Shown here: one piece after another, positions 27,583-41,396 of the stretch
Layout: each line of letters begins with the position of its first letter
Numbering within the stretch: the first letter of the stretch is position 1
NCBI GenBank assembly: GCA_951406725.2
Contig: OX597814.1
Location: 74,524,001 to 74,588,000, forward strand
Direction of reading: 5' to 3'
DNA: 64,000 bases
DNA from: Octopus vulgaris
Lineage: Eukaryota
Notes under the pieces: model-generated
Seen by the model: the letters and a program-made list of their open reading frames with translations, nothing else
What the model was told of the DNA's origin: nothing
The model's database searches: none
Position numbers and translations under genes: made by a program

Positions 27583-29724
27583 AGCTTTTATGCGTATGCT
27601 ACTACTCTTCAGTACGAGTTTCTTCCCGTAGCTTTCTTTTTATTAAAGAAAAAGCCAAAACAGCTACATTTTCAAAAGCGGCCTTTGGTAAATGGCCAAG
27701 TCCATGAAAATAGAGCAATCAACTTAGTCACCGTCACCACCACTACTACCAATAGATAGCTATTATGCAGTCAATTGACCTGTTAGACATAGTAGTTAAA
27801 TCTCCCTTCAAATCGTAGAAATGTCTGGACACATTGTACACATTAGACTCAGTTTACAATGTAGCCCTTGGTATACAAAAAGGAACGTAACAACTTTGAT
27901 CATGGGTCTGCTCGGTCAGAATTGACTTGAAGCTAAACAACGGTTTTGCATGCGGTTTTTGAAACTTCTAAATAACATTGATTTGCAGTAATTTTGATTT
28001 TGATTAACGTTCTTTGATTTCAAAAGTTATATTGTTTAAGGAAATGAATAATCTAGAATATTACTGGTATCATTTTACTAAGCACAAGGACATGAAAGGG
28101 TAAGTGAACTCGCATGGAATTTGAACTTGATGTGTAGACAGGCGAAACTAAATTGTATAAAACATTTAATCCGATACGTTTACATTTTCTTATGAGTAGC
28201 TACATTCATTTTCAGTAATATTCAATGCATTCAATACATTCAAATGTGTTGAAACATTTTGCTGAAACTTCGTTACATCATAAAAACATTTGTCTTTGCC
28301 TCTTCACTGCAAAATACTTGTGTTAGTACATATCATGGAAGCTACTTAGGAACTAGATTATATATTATAAGTGGTTATAAGTGACCGAAGTAGTCACTCA
28401 TTGGACTGAATACATTTCAGTAATTATCATTGTTTAAATTCCATCGAAGTCAGGAACGTAGGTTCCAATATCTTTTTACAATCCCATGGATTGATTAGGT
28501 CCAGCCGTTACCTGATTTCTGCGACGAAAGCTAATTTTCTCTATGAATAGAATGGTAATTTATTGCAGATGGTTTCCTTCTCCAGAAACATTTAATTGAA
28601 GTCAAATCTTTTAACCATGGATACAAAGGTGTATCAACGACAAAGTGCAAACTACTGACAGTTTGACGAGTCTCCAGGTACCCGACTGCATACACGTTTG
28701 TAACATGCTAGAATCGCTTCATCACACTCTATATATCCTCTCAAAATTTGGCATCGTTACAAACCGAAAGAAATCCGTACAGATGTTTATTCTATTGTCT
28801 TTAGAGAATTGAGAGCTTTAAGTCAACCAACCAAGAGCATTAAACTGTTAAAGAGCTTATTACTTATCTTATTTAATCTTGTATTGTCACAAGAAGTACA
28901 GTCTCGCCTTTAAATTTGACGTATTCAGTTAGTGGAGTTCTCCCTTGAAGACTTTGTTTGCTGATAAAGGAAAAACAAATGCGAAGTATTGTGCTATGTA
29001 GGCACAGTGTATTTAGAAGGGTCGTGTTTTTTTTTACTTTTAGAAATAAAAATGAAACCATGTGTAATAATTATATTTGAAACACATTTTAAAACATCTT
29101 TAAAATATGAACCGGATATTATTTTATCAATGAACATAAGCGCGAATACTGTAGGGGACAGTATAAGAAAAAACAAAATAAAACAGTGATGAAAATTAAC
29201 TCCTCGTTGATTTAAATAATCTGCTTTCATTTTTTTTTCTTGTAAAACATTGAGAAAGAGAACGAAGTGCTATAAAACGACCAGAACCACTGCATCTGAG
29301 ATACGTGTGTTACCTTTCGTCAGAGTTAAAATTTGGAACATGAGATGCTACGGTTTAAACGACAGTAGAGATTGCTTTTAGATTCGTCTGTCTATCGCCG
29401 TCTACTCGTAGAGTATACCCAACTACGTATGTCTCATTCCTCCAAGCCCTCAAAAATAGTAACAGGTGCATCCTCGCACACAATCCACCACAAGATTCAT
29501 CTTCGCCATAATTATGAAGTCAAAGTTAAGCATCGACCTTGAGAACCTTCTGCATCTACTAAAGTCATTTATATAAAATCTGTTCATGATGCATGTAATA
29601 TATGTCATCATACATCTACAATCAAAGAGCCTATCCGCAACGATGTTTTAATGTTTTGTAATTAATGTGCTTCCATACCAAGGACCTTTCTTTGTATTTT
29701 CAATCTGTCTGCATTTCTATATTT

Positions 29725-29808
<84 letters not shown>

Positions 29809-31701
29809 GCACGCACCCAAATACATGCGCGCACAGACAAGCACAAGCGCGTAGATACACTTCTACATAGAGGTACACACGCACTCATACACACACGTAC
29901 GCTTACTTTACTGGCGGCGAGGGAAAGAAAATTTGCCAGTCATGGCGCGTTTATACAAACATTTCAAAAGAAATGTAAATAGAAGGTGTGGTTGAAATAA
30001 GCAATTCTATTGGTTATGTGTATTCATACCTATGAGTTATTCACATGGTTGGCATAACTAATCAATAAATATAAATAGCAAGTTACACCTTTAAGTTTAA
30101 CCAACCATTTCCTGAGGCGCGTATACATATGTCAGACTATTCACATATTGCATCATCTTCCAGCTCGTATACTTGCTATGCTATCGGCTTACAAAGAGGA
30201 GAAAAATCAGCGCTTTGTATCCCACCAAAGAAATTTAAAATAAACTCATGACAGATTGAGTTAACTATTCACCAAACTCATTATCCTAGTATACAAGATG
30301 ACTAATTGACAGGGTTATGAGGCCGACGATTTGACTGCTTTGTAGTATTTATTTCGGCTGTCTGAGCTCTCAAATCTCGCCAAGGTCAACATTGTCGTTC
30401 ATACTATCGGGTCAATAAATAAAATACCAGCTAGTCTCATCCTAAGGCATGGACACATTGTGCAATTGACCGAGAGTTTCATATGTCTTGACACCCAATT
30501 CTGATCTATATATGTTGTGGTTTGTTGTCAATAAATAAGTAATGTTGTACCCAGTGCACTGATTGGCCCAGAGGCCTACAATGCTTCTAAGACGACCTTC
30601 GTATCAGTCAAATAGTGGAGTCGATTTTTCTCTCCTTTCTCTCTTTCACGCACTCAGACTAAGCATTGGCCGAAAAGATGGTATGTTGTAAAATACCCGA
30701 TGGAAGGCAGCCTTGTATTATTTTGAGAAAAATCCATGACGAGTATATGAATGCCTACCAAGAAATGCATCAAAGATCGTGTACCGACATGATGGTGCAA
30801 GAGTAGATCACCTAGCATCTAGATATAAATGTACACTGAACATAGAAAGAGGTTGCGTGGAAGAAATCAGTGTTTTAACCTGAAGTGCAACATCACTTAT
30901 ATAATCGGAATCTGAAAACTATCAAATATGAAAGCAATCTTAATTATATAAAATTTTACATTATTTAATGTTAATTAGCGATTTCACTATATTCAACAGT
31001 TTATAAGTAAAGGAGAAGGAAAAGGAGAAGCTGTTCATGAATATAATAAATATGTTGGTAAGTATAATGTAAAAGTAACATTTCAAAGCTAAACTTATAC
31101 ATACATACATACATACATACATACATACATGTATGCATGCATAAAACATACATACATATATACATAGATAGATACATACATACATATGTATACATGCATG
31201 TAATGTATGTGTGTATATGTGTGTGTGATATACACACATACATACATTCACATATTTATATGAAAGAGTAATTTGAGTGCACAACATGCTATTACCTGTG
31301 AGAAAGTAAGCTTCATAGGCTTTTAGTTGTGGGGTTGGTTTGTGAAGAGGTGTTCATTGTGTGAGGGTGTATGGGTGTGGAAGAGATGGCGTTGTGCTCA
31401 AAAGCTGATGTAAGAGTGTGAGAGTATAAGAAGGGAAACATGGGCAGGAGTGGTGATAACTTCATGCACATGAATATTGTTAAGAACCAACACACACACA
31501 CGCATATGCACGCGTGCGCACACACACACACGCAGATGCACGCGTGCGCACACACATACACGTACACACAAAACAATCTTTTACGCATATATATATATAA
31601 TATACCTACTTATATTGCATACATTTATACATACACATATTTACTCGTATATCTATTCAGCCCTTGGGTGAGTAAACAACACATGGAAAAGCAGTACCTC
31701 G

Positions 31702-31738
<37 letters not shown>

Positions 31739-31772
31739 TATATATATATGTATACACACACATATACATATG

Positions 31773-31845
<73 letters not shown>

Positions 31846-31862
31846 TCATACATATATACATA

Positions 31863-31893
<31 letters not shown>

Positions 31894-32651
31894 ACAATCG
31901 ATCTCACATACTCAATGCAAGTGTACAGCTTGTTCGCCGGTAGGCTGCGATATGGCGCGGTGGGAATGGCTTCCTCAAAGCACAGGGTGTTAAAACACCT
32001 GAAAGTCATAGACAGGCCTGATAACACCCCGTATCACATTCAGAAGTCATGGACATCGATATTTCGCCATTTTTGTGGTATGCTCCGACAATGCATACGC
32101 TTTTCTCATTGTAATCTTCCTCTTTATATATTTACCACATTCTCTCTCACTCTTTCTACATGTATGTGTGTGTGCATGTTGTGTGTGTGTGTGTGTGTGT
32201 GTCTGTGTGTGTGTGTCTGTGTGTGTGTGTGTCTGTCTGTGTGTGTCTGTGTGTGTGTGTGTATGCATGCGTGTAGGAATTTCATTAGGGCGAAAGACCC
32301 TCACAAAGCATTAGCAGCAAGCTCAGGAAACACCCAAATAGAGAAGGAATAGTTGCACGATTTCAGAGACGGAATAGTTGCATCCGAGCATAGAATGCAT
32401 TGATTAAATGATAAGTGCACAAGAGCCTCTGTCTCACGCACTAATGAAACGACAAACGATTTCAATTCAAGCGACCTCGATTTCCTGTGAGTCTTAGTTT
32501 TGCTACGACCAACAACAAATTGCAAGGGCAAACATTTTCAGTTGCCGATCTACACTATGAAGAGTCCGGTTTCAATTATGTTGGGGGCTCAAGAGCAGTA
32601 AGAAAAATCTTTACATCGTTGCACCAAAATTTCGATTCTCGGGACATTATA

Positions 32652-33477
32652 CGCGGTATGATCAATAAGTACTCGGACTGTTGCTATAGTAACGAAGCTA
32701 AAGCACGCAGAGTAAAGCTGCTTGGCACAGATTGGCCTAAAATTCTACTGTGTATGCACATTAAGTCTTAACATTCTAGCTCCTTTCCACTGTTTACAGT
32801 AGTGCTTAGAAGGAAGGTGTGTAGCGTGTGATAGTCGCATTGACCATGACAGAGAAAGTTGTGCAGAGAATCTGCATCAACTATTGCAAAAACTTGGCGA
32901 TACTGGCTCAGATGCCTTACAAAAAGTTTTCAAAAGGTTTTTGTCGTTCTCGACAAAATCAAGGAGATTTTGTGCAACTAAAACCCGAGTGTCCTTTTGG
33001 TCAGCTTAAAGTAGTTTTGGCACAGATTTGGTAGACACGCTTCTCATACCCAAACCTTCAGTGATAATGAACTGAATTGAACCGCAGCTATTCCGCACAT
33101 TCTATGATAACTTACGGATGGTGATTCGACGATTTCCCCTCACTGTTGCACTCACATCTGCGATGTTTTTCTCAGTTCTCCAGGTTGCAGGTCTCCCAGA
33201 ACGTTCGTCAATATCAACATATTTTCGGCCATCTTGGAAATGTCTGAACCACTCGTACATTTGTGTGCGGCTCATACACTGCTCTCTATACACTTTCTAC
33301 AACTTTGCATAGGCCTCTGAGGAGATATCGACATGACAACAGCGGAAGTGAGCTAGAACGTTAAAACTTAGTGCAGATGCACAGTAAAGTTCAAGGTCAA
33401 TCACTAAGCAGCTTGACTGTGCGTGCTTTAACTTCATTACTATGGCAACAGTTCGGATGCTTATTGATCAGACCTCG
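32652..33477. mobile_element. Mariner derivative with long TIRs and TA target duplication
   Basis: TA|CGCGGTATGATCAATAAG ... CTTATTGATCAGACCTCG|TA; HTH fragment SRTQMYEWFRHFQDGR..RSGRP on the minus strand. Confidence 0.85.
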
Positions 33478-33634
33478 TAAATTGACCCAAATAATGCAGA
33501 AATCCGTCCTGACTAAGAGGCTTATTAGTCGGGGTAGACATGATCTGACGTGGAATAACAAAACTGAAATAAATATGAAAATTACTCAGCACCAGCGGTC
33601 TACTCTGCTCATATATATATATATATATATAGCA

Positions 33635-34236
33635 ATATTAAATCTCTGAGTGAGAAGTAAACAATAGCAGCACGGAATCAAGTAGATTTGCCAACTAAAT
33701 GTGGCGGTCCCATAGAGGACAATGCTACTGTTGTTTTTAACCCCAGAAGGCTAGGGATGGGAACGATGATTTCCTTTCGTAAATACTAATCAGACACAGA
33801 CAGTGTGTCGTTAGCCATCTGGAGGAGATGTCCTCCTGGGGCTAAAAACAACAGTAGCATCGTCCTCTATAGGACTGCCACATTTAATTGGCATATATAC
33901 TTCACGATTCCGTGCTGCTACTGTTTACTTCTCACTCAAAGATTTAATAGTTCTTGTTTCTCCTTTTTCGATATCAGCGACAGTTTGTCACTGGAAAAAG
34001 CATATAGTATTTTGCGTTTGGAATGAGTTCTCATCGCTACTTGGTGATTATCACTCACTGATGATAGGTTACTATCCAGAAATCACGTAAGGCTAGAGAT
34101 AGGAACGAAGATTTCCCTTCGCAAATGCTAACCAGACACAGACAGTATGTCGATAGGAGATGATGTCCTTCTGGGGCTAAAACAACACTAGCATCGTCCA
34201 CTATGGGACCGCCACATTTAGTTGGCAAATTTACTT
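33635..34236. repeat. PLE-like pLTR cluster with inverted plus tandem copies
   Basis: 33635-33751 is inverted relative to 33832-33948; 33748-33900 is repeated directly at 34089-34236; degenerate CTGATGA..GAAA at 34058-34082; (TA)n on both sides. Confidence 0.7.
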
Positions 34237-34240
34237 TACG

Positions 34241-34342
<102 letters not shown>

Positions 34343-34345
34343 ATA

Positions 34346-34472
<127 letters not shown>

Positions 34473-34521
34473 GTGTGTATATATATATGTATATATATGT
34501 GTATATATGTATATATATGTG

Positions 34522-34563
<42 letters not shown>

Positions 34564-34639
34564 CGTACGCACTTCCACAATACATTCATACATGCACACA
34601 CACGCTCATATAATTATGCGCGCGTGCCGATGAAACACG

Positions 34640-35520
34640 CTTTGAGGAGATTAATTAAGAATATGTTTATTGGTGTTTTCGATATGGTGAGAAGCATTTG
34701 ATGTTTGAGTGGTTTCTGATAATGAGTTCGGAATTTTGTTTTGCTCAAAAATGAAGGGTTTTTTATGGAGAGTTTGTTGTGGATTATTGAGATTGTCTGT
34801 TCAAATAATAAGGGACATAGTTTATTTCAATGGAGAGCACACTTTTTTAGATGTGTTTGTGTGCATATTTGTGAGTGGATGTCTTGTGGTCAAAACATAT
34901 TTGTTATCTTGCGAAATGATACTTATTGTTTAATTTGTTTATGTGTGAAATCCAACATGGATCTATTCATGGACAACAGCTTAACCATCTTCCAAAGTAT
35001 GGATGAACTTAGACCTGATAACTTCTGTAAAGATTTATTAAAGACTTATATTTCAACTAAATACTATTACAAAACAACCTATCCCTAATAAACTACTTTT
35101 CATAGCTTTAAACTTGAGCACTGGGAATCGGTGCTATTATAGAAATCCAAGCAAGGGATTTATATATATAAGTATAAATTCAAACCACTCACCAGCTATA
35201 ATAAGAAAAATCTAGTCTGCGACAAGCACTGAGTCTCATCAATTTCCTTTAACAAATAAATATTTGACCAAGCAGTATCAATTTACAATAAATCCCTACC
35301 AGCAGATTCAAAGACAAACTGAAATATTTATCTACGATGACACAAACAATCAATAAACAAACAAAAAGAAACGTCATACGGTTTCAACTCATTCTTCAAT
35401 CTAATCGAAGCAACACATGTAGTTCAAACCTTCCAAGTACTCACAACAGAACATAAATATCACAAACAATTCAACAGAAAATCCACAAAAGTTAGTTACG
35501 GCTGAACAAAAGTATGAAAT
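34640..35520. pseudogene. Decayed Naiad-type PLE pieces in divergent orientation
   Basis: Plus strand: YISINSNHSPAII..IFDQAVSIYNKSL..KRNVI..HKQFNRKSTKVSY; minus strand 34660-34960 resembles a decayed GIY-YIG region. Confidence 0.55.
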
Positions 35521-35583
35521 TAAGTTGTATCAGTACTCGATCACGGCGGCGTGAAACTCGAGTTACGAGAAAGGCATTCATCT

Positions 35584-35615
<32 letters not shown>

Positions 35616-35819
35616 TGTATGTATGTATGTATGTATGTATGTCATTATTCAGTTAATTTCAAGATTTCTTGTTAATAGAGAAAGAACCGGTTTCTAACCT
35701 AGATCCAAGGTTCCTTCATTTGAATTAAAACCTCACCAACAGGGTCTTTTTGTTTGTTTGTATGTATGTATGTATGTATGCATGTATGTATGTGTGTGTA
35801 TGTATGTATGTGCAAATTT

Positions 35820-36069
35820 GTATGTTTTTATGTATGTATTCTCATGCATATTATTGCATATGTGGACATGCACATATATATTTAAATGAGAAACTTCTGG
35901 AAAGTTTTACATATTTTTACAGTTCCAATGATGGATTGGATCTGTAGTCTTCGAACTAGCTTGCTCCTTTCTGGTTTTGAAAAACTTAATTTCTTAAGGT
36001 TAGTATTTAGGTAGTGCGTTATATATCCCAGGGCCCCAATAATTACAGGTATAAACCTGAACTTGTAAT
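35820..36069 (-). mobile_element. 3' end of an R4-clade non-LTR element
   Basis: YKFRFIPVIIGALGY..KLVRRLQIQSIIGTVKICKTF; homologous to 63021-63150; 3' end runs into (CATA)n. Confidence 0.75.
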
Positions 36070-36092
36070 TTATAATATATAAGACAGGAGAT

Positions 36093-36137
<45 letters not shown>

Positions 36138-38866
36138 ACCTGCCATTACTTGATCCTACGTAAAATCAATATTTTTCATCCGATTTCGTTCACGTTTGGC
36201 AAATACATCACTTATGTTCCACAGATGGTTCTACACTATTTAGACTTTTCACTTATGGAGTAATATGGAGTAATAGCGCTTCTAGAGTCAGGTAACAGTC
36301 AGAAATTGACTGTCTCCCTTACACTCTAAATAACAGTCAGAAATTCATTGTCTCCTTTACACAGCAATCATCAAAAAAGGTCATAACCAGGAATTTTTGG
36401 TTGACAATCGGTGAGTCGTACCCCACATCAACGTAGAATTCAACGACGAAAAAAAGGTCGGCCTACGCAGTTGGATCCAGCCGTGTACAAAGGCGACACA
36501 ATCGGACGCGTCTATACAGTTCACCCCTTTAACTTGCTTCCATCTGCAGTTCTTACTTCATGTCATTAAGAGACCAACCTCCTTCGACGACTTTCGCACA
36601 ATGGATGGCCACTTATGCGGCATTTTCAAAGATGCCTACTCCAAACGGATGCAGATGATCAATATGACAATGCACTTGAAAAGGCAACTCTATGTCGTTC
36701 TCCGCACAAGCTCCAACACCTTTTCGCAATAATGCTGGTTTTCTGCAACCTAACAGACGCACATTCATTTTGGAATAAATACAAAGACTCAATGTGCCAT
36801 GACATTTTGCTGCAGACTCGCCAAATCACAGGTAGCGTTGACACTCCCACTACCCCTGCTGTTTACAACGGAGGGCTTCTTCTCTTGGAAGAGTTGGTTA
36901 TAGCAATTGGAGGTCAACAATTGGATGCTTATTCTCTTCAGACAGAAATGAAGACGCCTGTCCCAATCACCTCATTCTCACAGAAACATCCACAAACTCA
37001 AACATTACATTACTGACAACGAGCCCCTTCTGAATTCCGATCAAGCTGATGTACACAATTTCGTCTTCGGAAACATCTACACACACACTGGTGGAATCAG
37101 CTTCTTAGACGCCCCCTTTGGAACTGAGAAAACGTTCCTCCTGAATCATCTTCTTGCGAAGTTGTGACATAATGTTGACCTTACTATTGCTGTTGCCTCC
37201 TCAGGAATAGCCTCGACTCTTCTCGACGGCGGATGAACACCACCCTCTACCTTCAAATTGCCTTTCAATGTAGCACATCAAGAAAATCCAACGAGCCACA
37301 TATTGCATTCCTCGGACGAAGCGACATCTTTTAAATAGTGCAAACTCATTGTTTGGAATGAAGTAACAATGTCCCATAAATGTTCCCTACAAGCACTTGA
37401 TACTACAACGAGAGACTTTAGATAAAACAACATCCTTGGGGGAGCGACACTACTTCTTGCAAGAGATGTTCGACAAACTCTGCCTATTATACCCAAAGGA
37501 ACCTACACTAGTGAACTTAATACCTGCCTTAAAAAATCCCTCTTTTGGTTGCATGCCCAATCGAAACAACTCACCATCAACATGAGATCACTCCTACGGA
37601 CTGGTCAGCCTATTACCTAGTTTTCAGAAATGCTCCTTAAAATCGCCAATGGACAAATTACATCCGACGACAACGGATACATTGACACTACCACCATTGG
37701 CCACACTCTCCAGCCCTGATGACTTATGTTCTGCCGTTTACCCAAATTTTACACCGGAATAAATAAAACCAGAATGGCTTCGTGACAGGGCTGTTCTTGC
37801 ACCTATAAAGTCTTAACTAAGACTTAGCTACCTTCTCAAGAACGTTGTTACAGGTCAGTTGATACCGTTACCGACCTCGATCAGGTTACACACTTTCCAA
37901 CAAAATGTTTCGACTCCCAAGATTCTTCAGGACTCCCTCCCCATGTACTTCGCAATGGAACTCGCCTTGTGGTCAAACAAATGATGGACCACATCATTGA
38001 AGCCCAAATTATCATGGGACACGGCAAAAACAATACCGTTTTCATTCCGAAAATTTCGCTAACCCCAACAGACAACCTCTCCTCTATACAGAGACTTCAG
38101 TTTCCTCTCAAACTCAGCTTCACCAAGGCAATTAACAAAGCACAAGGTCAGTCGCTGAAAGTTGTCAGACTGGACCTTCGAACATCGTGATTTTCACATG
38201 GACAGTTCTAAGGTGGTTGTTCCAGATTTGGCAAATTTATTCCTCTATGCTCCAGAATGAAAAAAACAAAGAATGTCGTCTACAAAGCAGCCCCACAATA
38301 GTTATTCCTCTACTGCAATCTTCACACCTACACCAAACTGTAGCCGTTAGCAATCAGACTTCCTGCAAGCATTTCATTGATATTTTGCTTCATTTCCCTG
38401 ATTGTTGTTAACAGTACATTACCTTCAACGCACGCTGTTCACTCATAAGCATACTCTGACATTTATTTTTGCACATGCCATTATACTATTTGTGTGTTTG
38501 CTATAAATGTTTGCTTTTCTTTATCATACATGACTTTCATTGAAAAAACAAAGCTTCAATGTGTCAGGTATTACGAGAAAAATAAGTACACGATACAAAA
38601 CGTTTCAAGTAAGATATAGGATCCCTAATGTCTACTGCAATTGCGATCCCATTTCATGGACTTTCATTTATTACTAACTGCCAAATTTGTGTTAAAAAAA
38701 AAATTACTTATTACCTTAGTTTCGTAATACCATATCATAAACTGCTAACGAAAATAGTAATTATACATTTACGCTTATCAACTTGAAACGACTTCTAACT
38801 GCGGGCTAATTCAACTGAAACTGTCTACAGGAGTGCAACATTATAAAGGATGGGTGCATTTGCTAG
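36070..38866 (+). mobile_element. Helitron with degraded RepHel (Pif1-like helicase)
   Basis: FLDAPFGTEKTFL, AVASSGIASTLL..STFKLP, LIVWNEVTM, QFPLKLSFTKAINKAQGQSL, FSHGQ; ends TGCTAG|T. Confidence 0.9.
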
Positions 38867-38925
38867 TGCACGTATACATGTATGTATGTATGTATGCGCG
38901 TGTATGTATGTTCATATTTATATGT

Positions 38926-38973
<48 letters not shown>

Positions 38974-39148
38974 GTTTAAATATTTGTTGTGCAAGATTTT
39001 TTATGTGAAGTCGTGTGTTGAAACAGATATTGTTATATTTCGGAATGGTCATATTGCCAGTTTAGCCAATAAAAACACACGCACTATATATTTGGTGTTA
39101 TTTTGCTTCAGTGATATTTATTTTTTACATTAATCTTAATCTTATTTC

Positions 39149-39193
39149 GGCCAAAGTTCTTTCGTCACACTCCTGTGACCGCATCAGTGGTCC
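39149..39193 (-). ncRNA. Hammerhead candidate, left-arm mirror of 43137-43181
   Basis: Exact reverse complement of the right-arm motif. Confidence 0.55.
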
Positions 39194-39557
39194 TTTGTTT
39201 TCTTCTCACTTACTTGTGTCTCTCCTTACTAACCGTCAGCCATTTTGTATTTCTATTGTATGTCTTCATTTGCGCATGCTTATATCTCTATGTGCGTCTA
39301 TGTTTATTTAGTGTGTGGGGGGGATGCCTGTAATATTTGTATCTTCTGGTTATATACATTCTTGTAATTTGTATTTTGTTTTTGTTGTTGTTGCTTTTGT
39401 TCTAATTTTATTCATGTGTTTACATCCACCCATTATTATCATTACATATGCTTGTATGTATGTATAACAACAATATTAGTAATAATAATAATAAATCTAA
39501 TCGAGAAAAAAAAAAAAAAAAAAGAATATACATATACATATACATATATATACATAC

Positions 39558-39596
<39 letters not shown>

Positions 39597-39714
39597 TACA
39601 CACATATATACACACATACATATACATATATATACACATATACATATATATAGATATTCATTTCTATTTCTTTAATTACCTGTGTATTTATTATGTTTGC
39701 AGGATCCACTATTG

Positions 39715-41391
39715 TCATATGTTGTGGTGTGCGCTATTGCTCCATTCTAGTTTTCTATTCAGGCTAGGTTTATTTTCTATTATATGTGTAGCTTCTGTAA
39801 TTTGTCTAATTGTTGCATCTGTTCTATGTGTGGACAATATCTTAATCTCTATGTTATTGATTGATCCCCCGTGTTCTTGTTCGGCGTGTTGGTACAGAAT
39901 CGATGAGCTTTTACCTTCCTTGAGTTGTCTCCAATGTTCATTCACCCGCTTACCAATGCTTCTTGCAGTTTCCCCTACGTATGTTACTGTCTTGTTACTG
40001 CATCGTCCCTCTATACATCTTATACTATAGACCACATTTCTGGCTTTACAGTTCGTTTGTGGGCTAAATCTACATACAGTGCAATAGTTATCCGTACAGA
40101 GAGTTCTACTAAAAGGATAGGTTCTACCAATTATAGATCTGATAGGGTTGCCTGGCTTTTCAACAACCTTAATTCTTAGTTTAAGTTTATCTAGGGTCCT
40201 TCTAAAGCGGTACGCTAGTTCACCTCCAGGGGTGGTGTCAACGAACATGACACTCTGGTATTTATGGCTATCATACCAAGAGTTGGCCTTCCTTATTTTC
40301 TTTTTTGTCCTTTCTATAGTGTTCCATGACTTGTTCCTATAGAGTGGGCAAATCCCATTCCTATCATTACATAATATATTATCAAATTTCTTCATGGCTC
40401 CTTTGTATACTCTGATCCTTTCTTTATGGCTGTAACCTGAGAACTGCATGCGGTGAATGAAATACTGTATGTGTCTCTTTAATTCTGTAGGCTCGCACAT
40501 GCGTGACACATTTCTCATTATTCTGACGAGGTCTGCCATCAAAATATTGAATTTGGCATTGCCCGCAATGGCTGAGTTCCGGTGGATCAGGTATTTTGAG
40601 GCCATAGGTTTTGCATAGTATGAATGAAGGATTTGGGTTTTATTTTTCACAATTTCTAGCCAGAGTTCAGTGTCTAGTACTGGTAGTCTATGGTTGGGGT
40701 GTTTAGTGGGGTAGTCTATTGTGACCTTAATACTCTGGTGGATGGAGTTAGCTATTTGCTGGATGCTCTCCATAGTATTAGTTTCTATTACTATATCAAC
40801 AGTACTTTCTTGTGGGGGTGCCTTTACTACTATATTGATATCATCAACATAGCGAGAGTACATGTTTACGAGTATGGATTTCTGCAGTAGGCATTCTTTA
40901 AGCCTTCTGTCCCACCATACCATGAAGAGGTTGGCCACATCACCAGCGATACTAACACCGATGGCTGCCCCCTCGTCCTGGGCATATATTTTATTATTAA
41001 ATTTAAATGTGTGGCCTTTTAGGGTAACTCTTATACTAGCTCCTAGTGCATGTGCGATCATTTTCTTTACCTGATGGACATTTGCGGGGCTCCGTATGGC
41101 TCTGGTCCATCCGCGCCATCTTTCTATATGTGTCTTCCTAGCCATAGAAGTAATTGTAGGCGGTCTACCTCTTAAACATCTACTGGGGCAGAAACTACTA
41201 AGATTATGTTTATCTAAGTATTCACTATTATATGTCAGTCTAAGTAGGAGGCCCAGTTCTTCTGTGTCGACATTACAGAACTCCACCTGGCTCTCGTTGA
41301 TCATCTCCACGCACTTCTCCACTGCAAAATCTACGTTAATCGATGGGTATAGGGATACCACATCCATGCTACCTACTATACATCCTGTCAA
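39715..41391 (-). CDS. 5'-truncated PLE RT + GIY-YIG endonuclease, uninterrupted frame
   Basis: [29 protein letters not shown], Cys-rich linker, [22 protein letters not shown]. Confidence 0.92.
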   Translation of the reverse strand: MTGCIVGSMDVVSLYPSINVDFAVEKCVEMINESQVEFCNVDTEELGLLLRLTYNSEYLDKHNLSSFCPSRCLRGRPPTITSMARKTHIERWRGWTRAIRSPANVHQVKKMIAHALGASIRVTLKGHTFKFNNKIYAQDEGAAIGVSIAGDVANLFMVWWDRRLKECLLQKSILVNMYSRYVDDINIVVKAPPQESTVDIVIETNTMESIQQIANSIHQSIKVTIDYPTKHPNHRLPVLDTELWLEIVKNKTQILHSYYAKPMASKYLIHRNSAIAGNAKFNILMADLVRIMRNVSRMCEPTELKRHIQYFIHRMQFSGYSHKERIRVYKGAMKKFDNILCNDRNGICPLYRNKSWNTIERTKKKIRKANSWYDSHKYQSVMFVDTTPGGELAYRFRRTLDKLKLRIKVVEKPGNPIRSIIGRTYPFSRTLCTDNYCTVCRFSPQTNCKARNVVYSIRCIEGRCSNKTVTYVGETARSIGKRVNEHWRQLKEGKSSSILYQHAEQEHGGSINNIEIKILSTHRTDATIRQITEATHIIENKPSLNRKLEWSNSAHHNI

Positions 41392-41396
41392 GTCAC

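Noticed and set aside
27337-27759. 140-aa ORF
   Set aside because: Overlaps a decayed SINE; no recognisable domain
28870-30690. Strong polypyrimidine acceptors (minus ~28968; plus ~30657) and CCAAT/CpG patches suggesting a gene or lncRNA
   Set aside because: No extended ORF or homology; cannot be supported from sequence alone
35640-35750. Minus-strand AAUGAAGG-AACCU..AGGUU-AGAAACCGGUU motif
   Set aside because: Hammerhead-like layout, but the CUGA core is missing
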